Assembly (NCBI RefSeq): GCF_016432865.1
Contig: NC_067399.1
Location: 470,952,001 to 471,016,000, forward strand
Direction of reading: 5' to 3'
Length of the DNA stretch: 64,000 nucleotides
Origin: Antechinus flavipes
Taxonomy: Eukaryota
Shown in pieces: positions 1 through 12,657 of the stretch (positions are counted from its first letter, which is position 1; each line of letters begins with the position of its first letter). The position numbers and the translations under genes are program-made. The notes below the pieces were generated by a model. The model did no database searches. It worked only from the letters and a program-made list of their open reading frames with translations, and had not been told where the DNA came from.

Positions 1-918
1 TGATTAGAGAAGTGCAAATTAATTAAGATGACTCTAAGGTACATTTCACACCTCTCAGATGGGTTAAGATGACAGGAAAAGATAATGATAAATGTTGCTG
101 GGGATGTGGGAAAATTAGGACACTAATACATTGTTGGTGGAGCTATGAACTGATCTAACCATCTAGAGAGCAATTTGGAACTATATTCAAAAGGCTATTA
201 AACTGTTCAAAACCTTTGATCCAGCAGTATCTTTAGTGGGCCTGTATCTCAAAGAGATCATAAAAAAGAGAAAAAGACCCAGATGTGCAAAAATGTTTGT
301 GGCAGCCCTTTTTATATTGGCAAGGAACTGGAAATTGAATGGATGCCCATCAGTTGGAGAATGGCTGAATAAATTATGGTATATGAATGTTATGGAATAT
401 TATTGTTCTATAAGAAACAAGCAGAAGGATGATTTTAGAGAGATTTGGAGAGATTTGTATGAACTGCTGGTGAGTAAAGTGAGTAGAACCAGAAGAACAT
501 TATCAATAGCAGCAATAAGATTATGGGATGATCAACTGTGATGGGCTTGGCTCTTTTCAACAGTGAGGTGATTCAAAGCAATTCCAATAGACTTGTGATG
601 GAAAGAGTCATCCACATCTAGAGAGAAAACTGTGGACACTCAATGTGGATCAAAGCATGGTATTTTCACTTTGTTGTTGTTGATTGTTTGCTTATTTTTT
701 TTCTTATTGTGTTTTTTTCCCTTTCATCTTTTGATCTGATTTTTATTATATATTTGGAAGTATTGCACATGTTTAAGCTTTAGGGAATTGCTTCCTGTCT
801 ATGGGAAAGAGTAAAGGTGAAGGAGGGAGAAAAATTTGGAGCACAAGGTTTTTACAAAGGTGAGTGTTAAAAACTATCTTTGCATATATTTGGAAAAATA
901 AAAAGCTACTTAAAAAAG
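1..918 (+). mobile_element. Old L1 LINE 3' portion (ORF2 C-terminus, 3' UTR, A-rich tail); runs off the window start
   Basis: ORF 236-541 reads like the L1 ORF2 C-terminus (CAKMFVAALF...WKLNGCPSVGEWLNKLWY) and matches the L1 ORF2 segments elsewhere in the window; A-rich end near 895-918. Confidence 0.9.
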
Positions 919-1763
919 AACTATCAGATATGTAGAGAATAGATAGAAGGGAGAAGTTGAAAGTGGGGAAACCAATTAAAAAACTATTACAATAATTCAG
1001 TTGAGAGGTGATGAGGGCTAATTTGGGGGAGAAGAAATATGAGAAAAGACAGAAAAGAGAGATGATGCAAAGGATTTTATAGAGATAGAACTGACAAAAC
1101 TCAGAACCTGAATGTCTAAAATCTAAGAGAAAAGATGACTCCAAATTTGTAAATCTGTGTGAACCAGAATCATGATTGTTTCATTAATTTGATGGAAGGA
1201 AGTTTGTAGGATAAAAGAGTTTTGGGAAAAACATTATGAGATTCATTTTTGACATATTGAGGCCATCAGAGACTTAAAGTATAGACTTAAAATACTGTTG
1301 GGATATCTGGTATGCTGTTGATTGTACTAGAAAGAGTTTTATTAAGTAGCAGTTATGTCCTAGGCATTTTGGAAGATATAAAGAAGCAATCCTTGCACTC
1401 TACAGTTTATAGTTTTATAAGTCTCTTTCTCTTCAAATATATCTTTCACATACTGCCTGAGTAATTTTCCTTAAGCACAAGTGATTTTCTCCAGGTTGGA
1501 TGGCCGATAAGTCTCAGAATCGGCTCTGGCAATATAAAGTTCAGTCCCTTTCCACATCACTTTACATTGCCTCTCAAAGTAAAAGAATTCCCCAATATTT
1601 TTTGTAAAGGTCATAAGTTTTCTTTTTCCTAATGAATCAAGTTAATAAGGGTAAGGAGCATGTATCTCATTTTCCTATCCACCCTATTCCTCAGCCAAAG
1701 ACATAAAAAGTGTTTAACTATACTATTATCTAACCCATATCTTATCTACAGGCAGCATAAAAA

Positions 1764-2160
1764 GTTGTCACATGCCTTGTTGACTTCAGATTTACTTTAT
1801 CCACAATTATTTTAAGCTGCCAGTCTGGTAATTCTATCAGAAATGAAAAGGAAACTAGACTGACATGACCTGTTCTTGAAGAAGCCAAGCTGGCTCTTAG
1901 CAATCATTACTTCCATTTTTAAATGCTTATGAACTAAACTAGAATTCTGCCAGGAATCAGCCAAACTTATCTACCAGTCTATAGTATATAATTTCTACTT
2001 TCTCCTATTTTTAAAAAATTAGAATATTTGCCCATCTCCAATTTTTAACACTTCTCTTGTTCTCCTCAGGTCACTGATAACACCTCACCAGTTACATCAG
2101 CTTGGGATGTGGTGACATCCTGGGATGTTGTTTGTCTGTAATTGGTGACTTGAACTTATT
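1764..2160 (-). mobile_element. CR1/L3 LINE reverse-transcriptase fragment
   Basis: Minus-strand translation of 1895-1764 gives SQLGFFKNRSCQSSFLFISDRITRL...NKACDN, matching the CR1 RT motif SQHGFxKxxSCxTNL...FDRVT...FSKAFD; right boundary approximate. Confidence 0.75.
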
Positions 2161-3714
2161 AAGTACATGACTAAAGCTTTCTGGCATGCTGTTCCCAGTC
2201 TCTGATTCATTCTTCTCCTCCAGCCACCTGCCAAGCATCTCCTTTCATTCAAAGTCTTTCTTTTGTTCATTGTGATCTTTTTGTCAGTCCTCTTTAGTCT
2301 CCTGTCTCATGCCTTGTCAACAAATTTTATCATATTCCCTAACCTTTCTGTTTCCTCACTGAGTTAACTTAAGATGCCTGTCAAGGATAAAACTTCTATT
2401 TGGTTTCCATAGGGTAAACATCCAAGGCCTGTACCATTTTTAACTAATATAAATATATGATAATATCAGGGTATAGTTATAATCAAATCGGTTTAATAAC
2501 TGATTAGATGTGTAAGAATAAAAAAGAGAAAAAAGCCAACTCTTTCACCAAGACATGGAAACATCACTCATGGAAGAGCAGATTTTGGAGGAAAAACAAG
2601 TTTATTTTTTGGTGCATTAAAAATGAAGTGTTAAAGGAACAAAAAGATAAAGATACTCATTAGACAGTTGAAAATACAGGATTGAAACCAATAATAATAC
2701 TGGAGGCTAAAGACACTGATTGTTTGCCTATAAGTGCTAGTAAAAGCTATGGAAGTGAAAGAGGCATCAAGAAGAGAGAATAGAAAATGAATAGAAGAAG
2801 GTAAAGAAAAGAACTTTAAAGAACTGTCATTCAGGGATTGGGAAAAAGGAGACAGACAAAAAACAGAGAGGTAAAATGCTGGTCATAGAACCCAAAGGAA
2901 GGGGGAAATATATAGTAAGAGAGTTTTTCCACAGTATCAGATGCTTCAGAGATGTCAAAGAGGATGAAGATCTAAAAAAAATATATCATTGATCATTGGG
3001 AAGTTATCAGTGATCCTGGAGAAGACAGCTTCAGAAAACCAATGGAAGCTTCAAATATAGACTTTTCTTTGCAAAGAGTTTGGAAGAGGAAGGAAGCAGA
3101 GAACAACTTATATTCTCTGATCCTCCCAACAATATTTTAAGGAAGTCCAAGCATTATTGTCTCTAGTTTATGTATGAAAAAACTGGGACTTAGAGAAAGA
3201 AAAAGATTTGACCATTGTCAAAAAAGCTAGTTAAAGTGGTAGAATTGGGAATCAATTGGGCATCAGCTCATCTGGCTGAGTTTCTCTCACTTCCCCACCT
3301 TTGCATTGTCTATTTTCTGTTTATCCAAGAACCTTCCAGAAGCCCGATTTCAGTTTGAGTATTTAGGCCTAGAACTGACTGGAGAAAGGAAACTATTTCC
3401 AAGTGTTTGCAAAGCAGCCCTTTCTTCTTGGTGACATTCTTCTTGTTTTATTATCTGCTCGATCATGGATAATAGATCATAATCTATTAGTAATGATAGT
3501 GTGATTCAACATCAAAATGTTCCTCTTTGGGTATTTAGGCAAAGTCCAGGCATTGCTAATGTGTAATTTATTTGATCATATGAAAACCAAGTAATGCTTG
3601 TTGGTCCCTGTGGTTGTAATCAAATATCCAATCTGTGAAGGCATAAGAGAATCATACAGTGGTCTGAGGGCAAGACAAAAATGTTGATAATGATAATAAT
3701 AACAATAACAATCA

Positions 3715-3940
3715 ACCTCTCACATTTTTATAATGCTTTAAGGTTTACAAAGCACTTTACTCCTCATAACAACTCTGTGAGATAGGCAGTAGAAGTTTGG
3801 TCAAACCTATTTATAGATAAGAAAAGTGGTGCTTGAAAGGGGAAAATGGCTTACATGCATGTTTACACAAAGGTAGGAAATACCAGGCCTGAGACCTGAA
3901 CTCAGCTCTTCTGACACTAAGTGTAGGGCTTTAGCCCATG
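3715..3940 (-). mobile_element. MIR/MAR-type core SINE remnant
   Basis: Antisense core-SINE tail pattern (taatgctttaaggtttacaaagcactttac...ataacaactctgtgagataggc). Confidence 0.55.
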
Positions 3941-4374
3941 TTCTCTTCTTATCTCTGTTTATATAACGTTTTATATTATTATGAAAAGAAATCATATTAT
4001 GAAAAAAAATCATTATACATAATTACAATTACACATAAATCCCAAGTGGCCCTTGGATGGGAGACTATGAATTTATGACTAAAAAAGTAGTGTAATGGAG
4101 ATAGTCTTAAGCTCTCTTTTCCTTTTCTTATCCTACCTTCTCAGGTCTCCATGCCTTTGCTTCCACTGATAGCCAGATCTTCACTGGACTTCCCCAGAAG
4201 TCTTTCCCTTTCCTTATAGGTGCAACTCAACTATCATTCTCATAAGGAAGTCTTTTTTTCTTTCCTCAAGGACAAAAAAGTAGTTTTTTCCTCTACATAA
4301 TAGAAAATTCTCAGAGAACTTTGCCTGTACTTTTGCTTATTTCTGTCATGCTCTCCTATATAAGTTATTTGTGG

Positions 4375-4545
4375 ACATGGATTTAGGATCAGAAGATCTG
4401 GATCTGAATCCTTGCTCTACTACTTTCTTTGTAACGTTGAGCAGGTCACTTAATCTAAATAAACTGGTTTTTCATTTGAAAAACTTGAGAGTTGGACTAA
4501 ATTATCTTTAAGGTTCTTTTCTAGCTTTAAATATTCTGAGCATTG
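4375..4545 (+). mobile_element. MIR-type SINE remnant
   Basis: tRNA-like head and core (ggatcagaagatctggatctgaatcc...gagcaggtcacttaat) plus MIR3-like tail. Confidence 0.55.
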
Positions 4546-4729
4546 TACCTTGCACTTATCAATTACTAAAAAAAAATTTTTGAGATGCATTTAAATTGAA
4601 TTAATCGTGTAGTCAGAGTATTTACTGCATCACTGTCTAGTGACTTTGGTTGTCACATTTTTCCTCTGGTGCTATCTTTTCTCCCCTATATTTAAGTTTT
4701 TTCTTTAATGTTTGTTTTTTGTTTTCTTT

Positions 4730-7400
4730 TTTAGGTTTTTATGTACTAGCACAAGGTCAATTTTTATAAAGATGCTATGCCCAGCTAAGATGTGTACATA
4801 CTCATTCTTTCCTGTTCCCATTTAATAATCATGCTAGATCTATCATTACCTAACTCTTCTAAAATTCTATCCAGATTCTTAATGTTTTTCTTGTTTATGT
4901 TTTTAGATTTATCTAGGTCTGAAAGTCATTGAATCCAATTATTACAGTTTTGTATATATATATGATAGTCTATTCTCTTTGATTTAGCTCCACTAATTTT
5001 TCTTAAAATATCTATTTTCTATGTTATTATCTCTATAGACATAAAGTATTGATATTATGCTATTGCCTGTGGTATCTATAAGTAATTTTCCTATTTATCT
5101 GCTTCACATATATCTATTCTTAGTATTATCTAAGATTATGCTTGCTACTCCTCATTTTAATTGTGTCAGCTATCACACTTAAATACGTTCCTTATCAAGA
5201 ACATATTATTGGATTCTATTTTCTGGTTTTCTTCCTTTACTTTACAAATGAGTTCATTCCATTCATGTTTCTGGTATGTGATTGTTAACTGCATATTTTG
5301 CTCCATTGGATCAGCAGACTTTTTTTTTTTTTTTTTTTTTTGCTCTCCATCTCCTTCTTTACAAAGAAAAAAGTGATAAAAGAGAAAGAATGCAATAAAT
5401 ACTAGTAATATATAACTGAAGTTCTCATCCATTCCACAGTCCATCATCTCTTCCCCTCATCCAAATTCCAATCATTAGTTCTTAGTTTTTCTTTTAAATT
5501 TTCCCTTCATCATCTATTATTATTATTTCCATCTTTCTTCCTCTTCTTTCAATTATTACTCCTATATCTGTTTCCATATTGATTTTAATATACTCTACAC
5601 CAAACTCTGTGTGTGTGTGTCTGTGTGTGCAATATCTGTTAGGTTCATATAAAATGTTCATGAGCTCATAAATCTTTGCTTTATCCCTTTTGTCCCACAT
5701 TAGTTCACCTTCACTCTTGTCTTGTTCACTCAATTACAAGAAATAATAAGTTTCACTCTCTTAGCCCCACTGTATTCTTTTTCTTTCCCTTTTCTTACTT
5801 TCTTAATATCATCACAGCAAAACAAAAAAAATCCCCTCCTAGGCCTTTTGTCTTGTTTAATTCTTTCTTGCCCACTGAAAATATTAGAATTCTGAAGAAA
5901 CATATGTTTCCCATTAGAATATTAGTACTTCTTCTTCTTCATCACCATCATCATGATCATGTACTTTCTAAGTACTTAAATGTATTTGCCTTCCTATATA
6001 CCGTTTGACTTCTGTGCTTTCATTTCAAAGTTTCTACTCAACTCTAGTCTTTTTGTTTTTAAATTTAACACTGGTCTTTTTGTCAGAAATGCTCAAAACT
6101 CCTTTATTCCATTAAAAATCCCTCTCCCCCAATTGTACTCAATTTTGAAAGTTGTTATTATTAATTGTAAATCTTTATCTTTTGTCCTTTGAAATAACAT
6201 ATTCCAAAATTTCTTCTCTTTTATGGTAGTAGCTACCAAGACTTATGTGATCTTAATTGGTTCCTTGCTATTTGAAATCAACCAAAAATTACTTACAATA
6301 TTTTTTCTTTAAAACTTTGAATTTTGACTATAACATTCATAAGAATTTTCACTTTGAGGTTTCTTTGACAGGATGCTTGATGGATTTGTTCTATTTTCAC
6401 ACTTTCCTTTGATTATAATAAATAAGAGCAATCTATATTTCTGATTTTTTGAAATATGGTATCCAAGTTTTTTATAGTATTTTTCAGAGAATATGATGAC
6501 TTAAACTATATTTTTTAACAGCTTTTCTAAATCAATCACTTTTTATAGTAGATAGCTTGCATTTTCTTCTACTTTGTCAGTTCTTTGATTTTGTGCTAAC
6601 ATTTCTTGTCTCATGGGGTCGTTGATTTCTTTTTTGTCCATTCTAAGTTTCCCTAAGTCCATAAGTCTGGTAGAATTTTCCATTCTCTTCTCTAAGCTTT
6701 GTCCTATTACTCCTGATTCTTTCCTTTAGATCCTTTATTTCACTTATACTTTTTTAACTCTTCATTTATTCTAGATAATCTTTTATTTCAAGATATTGTT
6801 ATTCTCTGAACTTCTACTTATAACTGTTATGAAGTTATTTTATTTTTCTGGGTTTGTCACTTGGCCTCCTTTTCAGACTGTTTAGTGTCTTATTTTGTTC
6901 ATTCATATCCATCAGTTTCTGATTTGAGACTGTGTGCCAGCACAAATTTGGTGCTGTGATTTGGACCCACTTTGTCCTGATCTCTATTTCCTTGATCCCT
7001 GCTGATGGCTTCCATTTATCTTAGTGTGTTTGTGTTTAGAACACTAACATGTTTTAGGTACCCAGAGATCATCCAAGTTTATACTGTTGCAGTATTCAAA
7101 GCCCTGTAGGCATCTCAAGGCAGAGAACTTAGGTTTCTAATAACAGAATTTTTTATCTAAACATTGAACCTTCTTGTCTGAGGTACTGCAGGCTTCAAGT
7201 GTCCCAGAGTGTCTCTAATCTGTCTTCATAGGCTTCCAGCTTGTTTACCCGCATTTACATTTCCTGTTTATTTGGGACATCTTTCTGATTGGCAAAAGGC
7301 TTCTTGTCCTTTTGTGCGTACTAGGTCAATTGAGTGTAATAATTATAGTTGTTCTTTGAGTTTCTTAAGTATTATTTAGTAATGATCTCTCTTCAGAGGT
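4730..7400 (-). mobile_element. Heavily decayed old L1 5' half (endonuclease domain, ORF1, 5' region)
   Basis: Minus-strand reading near 4740-4950 aligns with the L1 endonuclease (TVIIG-FN...IDL...LNG.RK...KID.VL); T-rich antisense L1 composition continues to ~7400; boundaries approximate. Confidence 0.7.
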
Positions 7401-7456
7401 TTTCTGGAATAGTTGTGTAAAATATGAGCTATATTAGCTGAAAATCCACTTCTTTC

Positions 7457-7584
7457 AAATTACCCTGGCATGGATTCTGTCAATACAAAGTTATTATTAA
7501 ATAAAATAAAATTTAAATTAAAAAAAAAGAAAATAAATAAATGCTGTGATCTTGTAAAAAAAAAAAAAGAAAAGAAAAGAAAAA
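7457..7584 (+). mobile_element. Extremely 5'-truncated young L1 tip with a double poly(A) tail
   Basis: Begins with the L1 3' end (ttaccctggcatggattctgtcaatacaaagttatt); perfect 17-bp TSD gaaaatccacttctttc at 7440-7456 and 7585-7601. Confidence 0.93.
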
Positions 7585-8261
7585 GAAAATCCACTTCTTT
7601 CTTCATCTGCATTCTCTCATTCATCTGCATTTATCTTCATCTGCTTTCTCTAAATCCTAGAATTCTAATTAATCCTTTGGTCAATTCAGAAGAATAGGGA
7701 TCATGGAACTTGGACCTTAGAAGTTGTTACATCTACATTTATTATGACACAAATTCCTACAACAAGGTAGAAATAGTTGAAATTTGCATGTACTTAGCAC
7801 AAATAGTTAAGAGTAAGTAGTTTTCAGATTCCATGGTTCCTTTTCTGCTTTTTTTTTCTTTTAACCACATTCTAAATGAGTTACTTCCTACCTGGCCCCA
7901 CCCCACCAGATGGCAGCCTTCCCAACCCATTAAGAGTCCTTATACTGAGGTCTATTCTACCTTGGGACTAGTTTCCAGTCCCTCCCAATGGACTACATTT
8001 CTCTTATTTCGTCTATCTTTTCATTAGATATATTTTACAGTTTACAGTTGATTTGAAAAGCATTTGCAAACTGCTTCCCTGATCTAGTTTGTGTTGCTTA
8101 CCCTGAGCTTGACAATGACTAAATATGGCTTCAGAACCAAGATTCAAATCCCAGTCTTTTGACTCAAAATTCAGAGTTCTTACCACGATATCACAATGAA
8201 TATTTATGATGAAACTATACAGATAGAAGGCACTTTCCAGAACAGTTTGATTATTTATTTT

Positions 8262-8448
8262 GGCATTTTGGAAAGAACATTAACTCCAAAATACAGGTAT
8301 TCCAATTCTACCTCTTGCACTATTTTTGTGACCTTAAGTAAAACATTTACTTTCCTGGAACCTCTGTTCCTTGACTGCAAAATAAATGGGTTGAATAAGA
8401 TGTACTCTCACATCCCTTCCAGCTCTAAATCTCTTATCCTATGATCCT
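8262..8448 (+). mobile_element. MIR-type SINE remnant
   Basis: Core and tail motifs (gtgaccttaagtaaaacatttac...ctctgttccttgactgcaaaat...cccttccagctctaaatc...ctatgatcct). Confidence 0.6.
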
Positions 8449-8476
8449 AACATGTCTGTATTCATCAGACTCACTG

Positions 8477-8605
8477 NNNNNNNNNNNNNNNNNNNNNNNN
8501 NNNNNNNNNNNNNNNNNNNNNNNNNNNNNNNNNNNNNNNNNNNNNNNNNNNNNNNNNNNNNNNNNNNNNNNNNNNNNNNNNNNNNNNNNNNNNNNNNNNN
8601 NNNNN
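8477..8605. other. Assembly gap (N-run)
   Basis: Run of N. Confidence 1.
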
Positions 8606-9625
8606 CACTGCTCTGTGAGGAAAGTAAGAGAAAACTACCTATTTCCCCTTGAGAAAAAAGCTCTTTTGTTCTAAAGCAAAAACAGAAGCTTAAAATCAAA
8701 TAGTAATCCAGCTATCAGTCTTCTTTGTGAATTTTTAAATCATGGGTCAGCTTATGTCACCATGAAGACAGCCTTGTTTCCACCTCGCTTTGCCAGGTCT
8801 TGATATAACAGGTTAGATTTAGCCAAAAACAATTTTCATCATACTTGGAAAAAAATTTCATGATGGAGTACTGTTGTTGGGGAGTGTCAGCCTACATGTG
8901 ATAACCATCCTCCTCCCACCCCCGGATCTAATACACAGTCCTCAATCCCTGAGGGATAAAAAACAAACTGGGATCTGCCTTTTCCTTTCCTCATCTGCCA
9001 GTCCTCTTCCTTCCTAGAGAGCCATGAGTTTGGGGCACCTTCTTTTTCATTTCCAGAGAGCATTTAACAACATTAAGATACAATCCTACCTTTCCCCATT
9101 CCAAACCCCAAACCCCACAACTTCCTGTTCACATTTAAACCTAAATTCAGTCCATCTCCATTTCCCTGTCTGCAGAAGCATTTTATAAACAGAATGCTTC
9201 AGCAGAGACATGCTGGAAGGGGAGAATCCCAGCTGACAAACCAGACATTTCTATTTTAGTCCTGTTGTTGTTTTGTTTTTTTCCTTCCCTGTAGGTTTGT
9301 AGAGAGAGTATTTGAGGTCCCATGTCCAGCCCAGAACACAATCAGCAAATTTACTTTATGTTGCTTTCGTAGTTTAAAAAAAGAAAAAAGCTTTACCCTG
9401 GGATCCAACCTGGGTTCTAGACCTGGTCCTTTCCCTGACTAGTTCTGTGACCTTGAGCAACCTTCTCTTCAGGGAACGTGACTTTTCTCATGCAGTGAAA
9501 GTATTAAGCTACATATATAAATATATAAAATCCCATTTAGAACTTCCACTCTCCATGTTCCGTGTTCTACCATTCTGTGTAATTTTTTTTACAAACATTC
9601 TATATTCTATTCATCATTAAACTGA

Positions 9626-9831
9626 TTTTAGAAAGGCCTAGAAAGATTTACATGAACTGACGCTGAGCAAAACAAGCAGAACCAGGAACTCATTGTACAC
9701 AATAACAATAAGAATGTGCAATGATCAACTATAAAAGACTTGGTTCTTTTCAGTGGTTCAGTGATCCAAAGCAATCCCAATAGACTCTGGATAGAAAGTC
9801 CCATATGCATTCAGAAAAAGAATTGTGGAGA
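9626..9831 (+). mobile_element. Old L1 fragment (ORF2 end / 3' UTR start)
   Basis: Similar to 425-625 and 21080-21200 (gatttacatgaactga...agcagaaccagga...gatcaact). Confidence 0.75.
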
Positions 9832-10097
9832 TTCAAAGACCACCAAAGCTACTACCCTGCAATTCCATCCACTAATTCTTTCATTACCTAGAGATCCAGA
9901 CTGTCCAAGTCTGCTTGATTTGATCTCATTAGGGAATTTAGTAGCTGCTTGCTGAAATAAATGTTAAAAAATAACATGTGAAGGGTTTCTTGCTATCTTC
10001 TAAAAAAAGAGTAAAATGAAAAGTTATGTTCCTTTGATTAGAGAGTTTTCTATGGAGATGAATGCCCTGTCAGTAGCAGCACAGTGCTAGGTGAGTG
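9832..10097 (+). repeat. Copy A of a local ~260-bp direct duplication
   Basis: Aligns by eye at roughly 90% identity with 11556-11807, from ttcaaagaccaccaaagc to gtgagtg. Confidence 0.92.
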
Positions 10098-11181
10098 CAC
10101 ATTTATATGCATATATGTAAATACTGTAGAGTATGTACATGTATGTGTACCACATATACATAAATACAGGTATACAGTTATACATATTATATAGACATAT
10201 ATGTGTGAGTACATGTGATCATATAACTTCATATGTAACTTGTTTTTATTTGTTGTTTCCTGTTTGCTATGCTAAGCTGTTTTAATAGATTTCACAAAAG
10301 ATGTAGTTAGCACTCTTTCTGCTGTACCACACTAGAATAGTCTGATTCCTCATTTTGGATCTTTAGGAAAAAGAACTGACTCCAGAGTCAAAAGACTTGA
10401 GTTCAGATTCTGCCTTTGATCCTCCCTGTGTGACCTTGAGCACATCATCTAACTTTCCATGATCTCATTTTCCTTGACTATAAAATGAGAGGGCTGAATG
10501 AAACATATGCACACATACATCCCAGAATTTGACAGCTTCAGGACTTTGTGATTTCCTATGCATAGATATGTTTATGCATATACAGATATACATATACATG
10601 CATACAATCACAGAATAAAATCATGTTCATGAAAAAGTTTGTAGTCCCTGCCCACACCCTTTCCATTTTTCATAGAGACAGAAAGTATGTCTTGGTAGCT
10701 ACTTTGTCAATACTGTTGTCATGTACTCTAGGACATTCATTTTTCCTATGTGAATGATGTGATTCAGTAAATAAGGTCAGGCACAGACTACAAGAAAGGA
10801 TGTATTCAGTGTAGTCAGTTAGTTTATGGGCACCATGAAAACGTAACCTTGGATCCTGCCCACCTTTAGGTTAGAGAAATCCAGGGATGCCAGGGGGTCC
10901 ATCCGGAGACAGTCTGCACCCAAACCACTCTGCACAGACAGGCTCTCTCCTGTTTCTAAAACTCCAAAGAGAAGATGCCTCAGCTTCTTTTGGTTATGGC
11001 AGTGAGACCAGTTTGAAACCTATGTTCACAAAGCTCTGATCAAATGTGGTTTAGAAATGTTCTGTGGGAAGAGATACAGACTCTCTGAGTAAATTACTTC
11101 TGGGAAAACCCATGTCAAAGACTTGTGGACCCAAGGCCATCTTTGCAGAGGTGGGGACTATGCATACAAGGTATTGCCTAT

Positions 11182-11373
11182 CAGGGGTCCTCAAACTCCG
11201 GCCTGTGGGCCAGATGTGGCAGCTGAAGACGTTTATCCCCCTCACCCAGGGCTATGAAGTTTCTTTATTTAAAGGACCACAAAGCAAAGTTTTTGTTTTC
11301 ACTATATTCCAACCCTTCAACAGTCTGAGGGACAGTGAACTGGCTCCCTATTTAAAAAGTTTGAGGACTCCTG
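11182..11373. mobile_element. Non-autonomous hAT MITE, OC1/OposCharlie1-like
   Basis: 192 bp with 16-bp TIRs CAGGGGTCCTCAAACT ... AGTTTGAGGACTCCTG (15/16 match); no coding capacity; 8-bp TSD not preserved; family name recalled from the TIR sequence. Confidence 0.8.
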
Positions 11374-11555
11374 GAGATTGTCAAACTGTTGATTTATTGG
11401 TGAGTTTTACTGAGCTGATTTTTTGCTTTATCTTTTAAAGACCTGGATGATTAGAATTAAGATGTAGGTGGACATAAAGGTGATGTAAACCCCAAAGATA
11501 TCAACAATTTTTAAAAATTGAGACAATTTTTTCAGAGGTCCCCGTCCAATAGTAT

Positions 11556-11807
11556 TTCAAAGACCACCAAAGCTGCTACCCTGCAATTCCATCCACTAAT
11601 TCTTTCATTATCTAGAGATCTAGACTGTCCAGGTCTTCTTGATTTGATCTCATTAGGGAACTTAGTAGCTGCTTGCTGAAATAAATATTAAAAAGTAACA
11701 TGCGAAGTATCTCTTGCTGTCTTCTAAAAAAGAATATGTTCCTATGATTAGAGAGTTTTCTATGGAGATGAATGCCCTGGCATTAGCAGCATAGTACTTG
11801 GTGAGTG
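11556..11807 (+). repeat. Copy B of the local ~260-bp direct duplication
   Basis: Matches 9832-10097 with substitutions and a ~14-bp deletion. Confidence 0.92.
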
Positions 11808-12588
11808 TTTCTTAGTCTTTCTTTATCCTGCCTTGCAGCCTCCTAAGGGAGCTGAGACCTCTGAGGGTGACTTCAGCAGCAAACGGTGAAAGAAAGTAGT
11901 CACAGGAATATTTCTTAAGTTACCACAATTGGCAGCTTTGAGACACTGGGAAAACTTTCTTTAGTTAACTTAGCCTGAATCCTGGAGCCACATTCCAATC
12001 TCAGTGGGGATCTGACTCTAATATAGGATTCCAGGTGAGTTAGAAAATTATACTCTAATCAAAGATTAGAATTGGGATTGGAGATAGGATAAATTGATAG
12101 ATAATAGTTAAAGGTGAAAGGCATCAAACTATACCTAAGTATTTAAGACTTAATCTTTAAGTATTTGTTTTTTCATGTTTTCTGTGATTAGTTCTTTCAA
12201 TAGATTTCTTTTTAAAACTCATAAAAGATGAGAAAACACAAATATCCATCTGTTAAGCTTCTGAATTAAAGCTGGTAATTGAGTCCATGTAAATCAAAGC
12301 ACATGGTGGCAGCATATACTGCATTTCAAATCTCTGATGTCCTCAATGTGAGTACTAAGTCATCCACATCCACAGATGGAATTCAATTCATCCAACATTT
12401 ACTGAATGCCTACTGTGTGCAAAACACAGTGTTGGAATTTGAAAATGCAGTGACAAAAACAGATCCTGCGTTAAAAGGCTTACGAGAGTTTGAGCTATTA
12501 CATGTATATAGATGAGTAAATACAAGGTCTTTTGAAGAGATGAAGAGAAGAGAGAAAGAGAGACATACTGACATACAGACAGACACAC

Positions 12589-12591
<3 letters not shown>

Positions 12592-12655
<64 letters not shown>
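12592..12655. repeat. (AG)n microsatellite, about 32 units
   Basis: Uninterrupted agagag run. Confidence 0.98.

Positions 12656-12657
<2 letters not shown>

Noticed and set aside
5320-5341. 22-T run as an orphan poly(A) retro-insertion
   Set aside because: No TSD on either side; more likely an expanded homopolymer within the old L1.
10864-10949. Possible 86-nt minus-strand exon (GESLSVQSGLGADCLRMDPLASLDFSNLK, donor AAG|gtgggc)
   Set aside because: Weak acceptor, peptide not recognised, and no compatible neighbouring exons identified; such segments arise by chance in 64 kb.
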